A stretch of DNA of 5,822 nt from a virus (Duplodnaviria > Heunggongvirae > Uroviricota > Caudoviricetes), in IMG/VR virus record IMGVR_UViG_2724679238_000006, positions 1 through 5,822 of that record. One strand, 5' to 3'. Below the pieces are notes generated by a model. The model saw only the letters and a list, made by a program, of their open reading frames with translations. It had not been told where the DNA came from and made no database searches. Both the position numbers and the translations under genes were made by a program. Shown piece by piece: positions 1-5,822 of the stretch (within the stretch, counting starts at the first letter, position 1; every line of letters begins with the position of its first letter).

Positions 1-32
1 CGGGCTGTCATAACACTGTGTTACCTGGCTAA

Positions 33-632
33 TCAGAATTTATAACCGACACCAACGATGAAACTGTTGGTACGCCAGTCACCGCTGCCGGAGCCTTCAT
101 AAGCAATATCAATGGCCACGGATTCGGTCGGGTTAAACTGCACGCCAGCCCCCCACGCCAGAGACCTGTTGCTGTGGCGACCGTCATCACTTCCGGTCAG
201 CACATCGTGCGTTTTCCCCTTGCTGTCAGTTACGCGGAGATAATCCCCGGAGAAAGTCGACACACGGCTGTAAGCCACACCCGCCATCGCATACGTGCTG
301 AACCATTCATTCACGCGCACAGATGGCCCCGCCATTACGCTGAACCAGCGGTTACGCACGGAATCTTCATGCCAGCGGGTATCGCTGTAACGGGTAAGCT
401 GGCGATTCTTGTCTCCTGCATAGCTGAATGACGTCACCAGCCCCAGCGTGTCCGTAAACTCATAACGGTATTTCACGTTAATGCCCTTCAGGTCATCACT
501 GCCTGGCATATCAGTATGGGTCTGAAGATACCCGGCGCTTAGTGTGGACTGATGCTCTGCTGCGCTCGCTGGCGTACCAGCGGCAACCAGCCAGACTACT
601 GCGGACAGAATAACAGCACATAATTTACGCAT
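33..632 (-). CDS. lom: Lom outer-membrane protein (Ail/Lom/OmpX/PagC family beta-barrel)
   Basis: 199-aa ORF with N-terminal signal peptide ([24 protein letters not shown]) and C-terminal ...[26 protein letters not shown] ending in aromatic Phe, matching the lambda Lom C-terminus as recalled. ATG at 632-630 is preceded by GAGAGG about 7 nt upstream on the minus strand. Lies immediately downstream of J, as in lambda. Confidence 0.9.
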
Positions 633-653
633 AATTACCTCTCGCTTTTCTGC

Positions 654-682
654 AATAAAAAAGGCGCCATTTCTGGCGCCCG
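654..682 (-). terminator. Candidate rho-independent terminator between J and lom
   Basis: Perfect 6-bp GC stem GGCGCC (663-668) / GGCGCC (675-680) with a 6-nt loop. On the minus strand it is followed directly by TTTTTTATT (complement of 654-662). It starts about 20 nt after the J stop codon (703-705). Confidence 0.5.
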
Positions 683-702
683 TTATTAGGGTTATAAATA
701 TT

Positions 703-3700
703 TCAACGGATACTGATGCCGGAAGCCGCTTTTTTGGTCACAATCACCGTACAGTCGGTGATATTGCCTGCCCCCTGATTCCCTTTCTGGAAAATCTTAA
801 ACTCCAGAGTGACGCTTCCCCTGCCACTCGGCATATCAATAACCGCACTGTAACTACCGGGAATGGCCCCTTTAGTTTCTCTGGATGCGATTAATACGCC
901 GTTTTTGCGAACTTCAAAACCATAACCCGTGTATCGCGTGCCTCCGGGGTTATTTCCGCTCCCCGGATCGGTATACGCTATACCGTTAAAAATAATGGGC
1001 GGAATAATGATTTGACGGTCAAAGTTATGATCATCGCTGATGGTGACTGTAACCGTACCGCCTGGTGTTTCCGTGTTACCCCACGTACCGACTTTTTTCG
1101 GGAAGGCTTTTGATACAGCTTTAACGAAATCCCCTCTGACCTGGGTCGCCTCCAGCATGCCCTTAATCGTACAGTTCTCACTTATCGTGACATTGTTGAG
1201 CGTTCCTGAGTTCGCATTCACGTTACCGCTGATATCAGCGTTTTTCGCCGTCAGCCGCCCGTCCGGTGTCAGAGAAAATGCCGGAGGATTGCCGCCGCTG
1301 GTGATGGTCGGGGCCGTCAGACGCTTCAGGAACACGTCGTTCATGAATATCTGATCGCCCTGACCAACAAACATTGGTCGTGTGTTGCCATTAGACGGAT
1401 CAATAAACGCAATACGGTTAGCGGCGACCAGAAACTGGCTCAGCTTGCCTTCTTCCGTGTCCTCCATGCTGAGGCCAATACCCGCGACATAATGTTTGCC
1501 GTCTTTGGTCTGCTCAATTTTGACGCCCCACATGGCATTCCACTTATCGTTGGCGTCCTGCCACTCTTTCGAAAACTCCTCCAGTCTGCTGGCGTTATCC
1601 TCCGTCAGCTCGACTTTTTCCAGCAGCTCCTTGCCGAGATGGGATTCGGTTATCTGGCCTTTGAAAAAATCCAGGTAACCTTCCGCATCATCGCTCGCCT
1701 GACCGACAGCCTCCACGAATACCGATTTGCCAACGGTGTTCACACTACGGATATAAAAGTAATAATCATGGCCCGGTTTGATATTGATACTAGCGGCTAT
1801 CCAGTACATCCCCGTGCCAAGATAGCGCGCGCTGGTTTCAACCTGCCGGATATCGGCAATCCGCTTTTCCGAAAACCAGAACTCAAACTGTACCGTCGGG
1901 TCATAAACTGCAAGATGCGGAGTGGCGGTTATCTGAAAATAGCCCGGCGTCAGCTCAATCTGTGACGGCGCTGCCGGTGCGGCAATCCTGAACGATACCG
2001 ACGCCGGGTCGCCCTGCTGTCCCCACGCATTTACCGCCCGGACTGTCAGCCTGTAGTTCCCCAGCGCCAGTTGCCTGAAACGATATTCGGTTTCCGTCGT
2101 CCGGGCCGTGCTGACCAGCCGCTCACTGCCGTCATCCGCTGCCACGGTCAGGCGAAGCATAAAGCTCACCCCCTTCACCACCTTCGGCGTGTCCCAGCGC
2201 GCCAGCACCTGATATTCCCCGCTGTCTGCCGAGACTTCGGCGGTCAGGTGCTGCACCGCTGGCGGCGTGACACCATTCACCGTGCCGCTCTGGTCGCCGT
2301 CAAAGTGCGCCCCGTTATCCACGATGGCTTCTTTTTCAGGCACATGCTGCACGGCAGTGATGGCATACGTGCCGTCGTCGTTCTCACGGATACTCACACA
2401 GCGGAACAGGCGCTGGCGCAGCGTCGGCAGCTTCAGCCCACACACACTGTATCCGGCAACGCCGTCAGGAACCCGGCTCACTTTCACCTGCACGCCGTCG
2501 GTGACGGACTGGACCTCCACGCTGACCGGACTCCCCGTCCCATCGACCAGGCTTATCAGTGTGGTGCCGGAGGCTGGCAGCGTGATTTCACGGTCGAGCG
2601 TCAGCGTCCGGGTCTGGCTGTTCACCGCCAGCACGCGACCACCGATGCTGATACCCGCATAGTCATCATCGCAGATTTCAATGACGTCTCCCGGCACATG
2701 GCGAAGCCCTTCTGCACCCACGCTGAAGTCCACGGTCTGCGTTTCCAGCAGTTCCGTTTTAATCAGCCACAGCCCGGCGCGGTGCGCCTGCCCCCGGCTG
2801 GTACAGCCAAAGGCATCCATCTTCGTGACGTTACGACCGTAACGGGCAATGGCCTGCGTGTCCTCCACAAGCTCTGTCGCCGTCTCCCAGCCGTTGTCCG
2901 GGTCAATCCAGTTCACCTCAACGGCGTTATGGCGGTCCTTCAGGGCGCTGAAGCTGTAGCGGAACGGCGCGCCATCATCCGGCATCACCACATTACTGCG
3001 GTTATAGGTCCACACCTTATCCGACGGTCGGTCCTGCACGAACGTCAGCGTCTGCCCGTTCCATACCGGCATACAGCGCATCGCCGAGCAGAAATCACTG
3101 AGCACATCCCACGCCCGGCGCTGCGTGGCCAGGTACGCATTACAGGTGATGCGCGGCTCCGTGCCGCCAGAGCCATTCGGTACCGACTGGTCGCAGTACC
3201 GACCGATGGCATACAACGCCCATTTGTCCACATCAGCTGCACCAAGACGTTTCCCCATGCCGTAGCGCGGGTGGGTCAGCATGTCCCACAGACACCAGGC
3301 CATGTTGTCGCTGTATGCCGGTTTAAACGTTCCGTCCCAGATACCGCTGTATTGCCGCGTCTGCGGGTTATAGTTCGACGGCACCTGCAGAATGCGCCCG
3401 CGCAGATGATAATTACGGCTCACCTGCTGGCTGCCAAACTGTTCCGAGTCCACCTGCACGCCGACCAGTGCCGTGTTCGGGTAGCACTGTTTCACATCGA
3501 TAATTTCGGTGTATGACGACCAGAGCGTTTTGTTCTGCAGCTGGTCTGTGGTGCTGTCCGGCGTCATCCTGCGCAGCCGGATATTGAACGGGCGCGGCGG
3601 CAGGTTATCCACCACTACCGAGGCCAGATACTGCGAGGTGGTTTTGCCCTTAATGGTGATGTCTTTTTCCGTCACCCAGCCACCATTACGTTGTATCTGA

Positions 3701-4116
3701 ACCAGCAGGCGAACTTCCGACGGATTCCGGTCCCCCTTTGAAGTGGTTTCCACCAGTGCCTGCACACCGAAGGTAAAGCGCAGACGGTCGATGTTTGCCG
3801 ACGTGATGGTCCGGGTAATCGGCGTGTCGTACTTCACCTCCGTACCCAGCACCGTCTCGGAGCTGGAGGATTCAAATCCCTCCGGCGGTGTCTGCTCCTG
3901 CTCACCTGCCCGGAACACCACCGTGACACCGGAGATATTGGTATTCCCCTCACTGTCCAGCACTGGCGTACTGTTCAGCAGCACACTTTTTAATCCATCC
4001 ACCGGACCTTCAATCGGCCCTTCACTGATGGCATCGATCACACTCAGCAACTGCGTGGATTTCAGGTTGTCCTTCGCTTCGCGCGGGGTATGCCCCTTAC
4101 TGCCACCTTTACCCAT
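703..4116 (-). CDS. J: Host specificity protein J (central tail fibre / tail tip protein), lambda gpJ family
   Basis: 1137-aa ORF. The N-terminus [44 protein letters not shown]... is nearly identical to lambda gpJ as recalled (lambda J is ~1132 aa), and similarity runs through most of the length. The last ~157 aa are clearly diverged but still alignable. Follows I and precedes lom as in lambda. Confidence 0.95.
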   Translation of the reverse strand: MGKGGSKGHTPREAKDNLKSTQLLSVIDAISEGPIEGPVDGLKSVLLNSTPVLDSEGNTNISGVTVVFRAGEQEQTPPEGFESSSSETVLGTEVKYDTPITRTITSANIDRLRFTFGVQALVETTSKGDRNPSEVRLLVQIQRNGGWVTEKDITIKGKTTSQYLASVVVDNLPPRPFNIRLRRMTPDSTTDQLQNKTLWSSYTEIIDVKQCYPNTALVGVQVDSEQFGSQQVSRNYHLRGRILQVPSNYNPQTRQYSGIWDGTFKPAYSDNMAWCLWDMLTHPRYGMGKRLGAADVDKWALYAIGRYCDQSVPNGSGGTEPRITCNAYLATQRRAWDVLSDFCSAMRCMPVWNGQTLTFVQDRPSDKVWTYNRSNVVMPDDGAPFRYSFSALKDRHNAVEVNWIDPDNGWETATELVEDTQAIARYGRNVTKMDAFGCTSRGQAHRAGLWLIKTELLETQTVDFSVGAEGLRHVPGDVIEICDDDYAGISIGGRVLAVNSQTRTLTLDREITLPASGTTLISLVDGTGSPVSVEVQSVTDGVQVKVSRVPDGVAGYSVCGLKLPTLRQRLFRCVSIRENDDGTYAITAVQHVPEKEAIVDNGAHFDGDQSGTVNGVTPPAVQHLTAEVSADSGEYQVLARWDTPKVVKGVSFMLRLTVAADDGSERLVSTARTTETEYRFRQLALGNYRLTVRAVNAWGQQGDPASVSFRIAAPAAPSQIELTPGYFQITATPHLAVYDPTVQFEFWFSEKRIADIRQVETSARYLGTGMYWIAASINIKPGHDYYFYIRSVNTVGKSVFVEAVGQASDDAEGYLDFFKGQITESHLGKELLEKVELTEDNASRLEEFSKEWQDANDKWNAMWGVKIEQTKDGKHYVAGIGLSMEDTEEGKLSQFLVAANRIAFIDPSNGNTRPMFVGQGDQIFMNDVFLKRLTAPTITSGGNPPAFSLTPDGRLTAKNADISGNVNANSGTLNNVTISENCTIKGMLEATQVRGDFVKAVSKAFPKKVGTWGNTETPGGTVTVTISDDHNFDRQIIIPPIIFNGIAYTDPGSGNNPGGTRYTGYGFEVRKNGVLIASRETKGAIPGSYSAVIDMPSGRGSVTLEFKIFQKGNQGAGNITDCTVIVTKKAASGISIR

Positions 4117-4249
4117 AGATAATTCCCGAAACAGTAATCAATTTTATGCGAACCATATAACGACCGCTTGCAACAAAAATGCATCTGTTGTATTTCATTT
4201 GTTAAAACTTAAATCACCTTGATTAACAACACGAAATGACGGGGTATTT
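4117..4249 (+). promoter_or_regulatory. Putative sodC promoter/leader region (AT-rich intergenic)
   Basis: 133-bp AT-rich spacer between the divergent J start and sodC start. Best sigma70-like candidate by eye is -35 TTGCAA (4168-4173), a 17-nt spacer, and a weak -10 TATTTC (4191-4196). A GGGG Shine-Dalgarno-like element sits at 4241-4244, ~6 nt before the ATG at 4250. Hexamer assignment is tentative. Confidence 0.3.
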
Positions 4250-4771
4250 ATGATAAAAAAAATACTTGCTGTAACTGCGCTACTTAGTGGAGCCGTAATG
4301 GCTGATACAATGACGATCCCTGTAAATCTCGTTTCCTCAGAAGGAGTAGGGAAAAATATAGGGGAAATAACTATTTCAGAAACCAGCTACGGATTGCTGT
4401 TCACTCCTCATCTGAAAGAACTGCCACCAGGGTTACATGGCTTTCATATCCATGAAAATGCCAGTTGTAATCCCGGTCTGATTAATGGAAAAAAAGTGCC
4501 AGCTCTTGCTGCCGGTGGGCATTATGATCCTGAACAAACAAATAAACATCTTGGGCCGTACAATCCGGAGGGCCATCTGGGTGATCTACCAGCACTCTAT
4601 GTCAACTCAGAAGGAAATGCAGAAAACCCGGTTCTGAGTCCAAAAATAAAAAAAATAAGCCAGATAAAAGAACGGGCGATCATGATTCATGCCGGAGGGG
4701 ATAATCATTCCGATTCACCTGCTCCTCTGGGGGGTGGGGGCGCAAGACTGGCATGCGGAATAATTAAATAA
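4250..4771 (+). CDS. sodC: Periplasmic copper/zinc superoxide dismutase (Cu,Zn-SOD), prophage-encoded
   Basis: 173-aa ORF with a Sec-type signal peptide (MIKKILAVTALLSGAVMA, likely cleaved before DT). Hallmark Cu,Zn-SOD motifs are present: HGFHIHE (Cu His ligands), AGGHYDP (bridging His), GHLGDLP (Zn ligands), IMIHAGGDN (Cu His), GGGGARLACG (conserved Arg plus disulfide Cys, partner Cys in ASCNPG). Closely resembles E. coli SodC and Salmonella prophage SodCI as recalled. Confidence 0.95.
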   Translation: MIKKILAVTALLSGAVMADTMTIPVNLVSSEGVGKNIGEITISETSYGLLFTPHLKELPPGLHGFHIHENASCNPGLINGKKVPALAAGGHYDPEQTNKHLGPYNPEGHLGDLPALYVNSEGNAENPVLSPKIKKISQIKERAIMIHAGGDNHSDSPAPLGGGGARLACGIIK

Positions 4772-4786
4772 CAAACAGCCTAAAGC

Positions 4787-4812
4787 AATCACCGTCATAG
4801 CTGGCGGTGATT
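4787..4812 (+). terminator. Strong stem-loop 16 nt downstream of the sodC stop; possible sodC transcript terminator or stabiliser (no U-tract)
   Basis: AATCACCGTCA (4787-4797) pairs with TGGCGGTGATT (4802-4812): 11 bp including one G-U pair, with loop TAGC. It is not followed by a T-run on the plus strand (ATCAGCGACC). The stem ends 1 nt before the I stop codon (4814-4816) on the other strand. Confidence 0.3.
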
Positions 4813-4813
4813 A

Positions 4814-5455
4814 TCAGCGACCAATAACCACAACCTGACCACCATCCCCCTCGTCTGCCGTGCTGATCTCCTGAGAGACCACACGTGACCCCACGCGCAT
4901 TTCACCGTACAGAACAGGCAGAACATTGCACTGGGCAACCATGTTGTCCAGTGACGAGAAATACGTGTTCTGCTTACCGTTATTCGTTGTCTGTGTTCGG
5001 GGAGTTTTGGGTCTGGGGGCCAGCATCTGTGCAACACCGCCAAGCGTCATACTGGCACCGAGAGAAAACAGCAGATTACTTGCCATAATTCCCACCCCAG
5101 GCATCCATATAGCAACCGCCATAACAGCTGCGCCCAGCACGGCCTGAAACACGCCGCCACTTTTGGCTCCCGCCAGGCGCGGCACAATATGGATCACGGC
5201 ACCATTTGCCAGCGGTTCATTAAGACGGGCTGATAATTCAGTTTCACCTGTATCACGCCCGGCAATGCGTACCTGATACCAGCCGTCGCTCAGTTTCTGA
5301 CGAAACGCCGGGAGCTGTGTGGCCAGCGCCCGGATGGCTTCGGCCCCCGTTTTCACACGAAGGTCGATGCGGCGGCCAAATCGTTGTAAATCCCCGTAAA
5401 GGCAGATTCGCGCCAGGCCCGGTGACGCCAGAGGGAGTGTGTGCGTCGCTGCCAT
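4814..5455 (-). CDS. I: Tail assembly protein I (lambda gpI family)
   Basis: 213-aa ORF. The N-terminus MAATHTLPLASPGLARICLYGDLQRFGRRIDLRVKTGAEAIRALATQLPAFRQKLSDGWYQVRIAGRD and the C-terminus ...NGKQNTYFSSLDNMVAQCNVLPVLYGEMRVGSRVVSQEISTADEGDGGQVVVIGR are near-identical to lambda gpI as recalled. Its start overlaps the 3' end of K, as in lambda. Confidence 0.9.
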   Translation of the reverse strand: MAATHTLPLASPGLARICLYGDLQRFGRRIDLRVKTGAEAIRALATQLPAFRQKLSDGWYQVRIAGRDTGETELSARLNEPLANGAVIHIVPRLAGAKSGGVFQAVLGAAVMAVAIWMPGVGIMASNLLFSLGASMTLGGVAQMLAPRPKTPRTQTTNNGKQNTYFSSLDNMVAQCNVLPVLYGEMRVGSRVVSQEISTADEGDGGQVVVIGR

Positions 5456-5822
5456 TTGTCGGTATACCTCTCTCGTTTGCTCAGTTGTTCAGGAATATGG
5501 TGCAGCAGCTCGCCGTCACCACAGTAAATGGCGGCATGATTCGGCACCGATGAACCAAAACAGCACAGCAGCACATCGCCCGGCTGCGCCGCTGACAACG
5601 GCACCTGATACAGCCCCGTTGCCTCCAGATTATCCAGATAGAGATTCTGACCGTGACGCCACCAGTCATCCTCACGATGAAAATCCGGCATCTCAATCCC
5701 CGCCAGATGATAAGCATCCCGGAACAGCGTGTAACAGTCCGTCACCCCGTGCTCAAAGCGCCGCCCGGTGAGATGCGGCACACAGCGGAATTTATGAATC
5801 TCACCCCGGCAGACCAGCCACC
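5353..5822 (-). CDS. K: Tail assembly protein K (lambda gpK family; NlpC/P60-type domain), 5'-truncated by the window edge
   Basis: The reading frame is open to the window end. The codon at 5781-5779 is GTG (internal Val, shown as M in the ORF track), and upstream codons translate to ...WLVCRGEIHKFRCV-PHLTGRRFEHGVTDCYTLF..., matching lambda gpK as recalled. Contains NlpC/P60-like Cys (DCYTLF) and His (NHAAIYCGDGELLHH) motifs. Stop codon at 5353-5355. Confidence 0.85.
   Translation of the reverse strand, partial: WLVCRGEIHKFRCVPHLTGRRFEHGVTDCYTLFRDAYHLAGIEMPDFHREDDWWRHGQNLYLDNLEATGLYQVPLSAAQPGDVLLCCFGSSVPNHAAIYCGDGELLHHIPEQLSKRERYTDKWQRRTHSLWRHRAWRESAFTGIYNDLAAASTFV

Larger units (their letters stand above)
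4117..4813. other. AT-rich moron (cargo) insertion between tail genes I and J
   Basis: In lambda the I stop and J start are essentially adjacent; here they are ~700 bp apart. Hand-counted GC of a 60-nt sample at the sodC start (4250-4309) is about 38%, against about 67% for a 60-nt sample inside J (2401-2460). The segment carries one gene on the opposite strand with its own AT-rich upstream region and a downstream hairpin. Confidence 0.75.

Noticed and set aside
174-431. 85-aa plus-strand ORF antisense to lom
   Set aside because: It is entirely inside the lom coding region on the opposite strand, and nothing in its sequence suggests a real gene.
978-3245. Short minus-strand ORFs in alternative frames within J (978-1181, 3045-3245)
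   Set aside because: They are fully embedded in J in a different frame, with Arg/Cys-rich nonsense composition. These are frame artefacts.
1040-4222. Plus-strand ORFs inside J (1040-1354, 1492-1965, 1496-1678, 2071-3516 at 481 aa, 2267-2662, 3509-3700, 3743-4222)
   Set aside because: All lie antisense to the well-supported 1137-aa J gene. Their translations are Arg/His/Pro-rich, low-complexity strings typical of the reverse strand of a GC-rich coding region. None has a credible RBS or a recognisable motif.
4129-4791. Possible direct repeats flanking the sodC insertion (AAACAG...AATCA at 4129-4140 and 4773-4791)
   Set aside because: Only a 6-mer plus a 5-mer match with different spacing. This is expected by chance in AT-rich sequence and is not convincing as a target-site duplication or recombination scar.
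4795-5147. ORFs overlapping I (4795-5043 minus strand; 4885-5088 and 4926-5147 plus strand)
   Set aside because: They are embedded in or antisense to gene I, which is near-identical to lambda gpI. Their composition is atypical (Trp/Cys/Arg-rich).
5317-5771. ORFs overlapping K (5317-5553 plus, 5439-5771 plus, 5481-5717 minus)
   Set aside because: They are antisense to or out of frame with K, with Arg/Cys/Pro-rich translations and no independent support.
5779-5781. Apparent start of K at 5781, as given in the ORF track
   Set aside because: The codon is GTG and the frame stays open to the window edge. The upstream codons continue the lambda gpK sequence (WLVCRGEIHKFRCV), so this is an internal Val, not the start. 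K is 5'-truncated by the window.
1-5822. Looked for CRISPR arrays, tRNA/ncRNA genes, integrase or att sites, toxin-antitoxin or other defence-system genes
   Set aside because: No tandem repeat-spacer structure, no tRNA-like cloverleaf candidates and no unassigned ORF of plausible coding character were seen. All coding capacity is accounted for by K, I, sodC, J and lom.

Overview
This window is the distal tail-gene block of a lambda-like (lambdoid) enterobacterial prophage, read here on the minus strand: K (5' end cut off by the window edge), I, J and lom, in the same order as phage lambda. The one departure from the lambda layout is a ~700 bp AT-rich insertion between I and J that carries a periplasmic Cu,Zn superoxide dismutase gene (sodC) on the opposite strand, a classic prophage 'moron' cargo gene. 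Protein identifications rest on recognisable motifs and on similarity to lambda K/I/J/Lom and E. coli/Salmonella SodC as I recall them; no database search was run. I do not see a convincing novel defence or other undescribed system here. All other ORFs in the six-frame track sit inside or antisense to these genes and look spurious. The points most worth following up are the sodC moron and its antisense placement in the late operon, and the divergent C-terminal (receptor-binding) ~157 aa of J.
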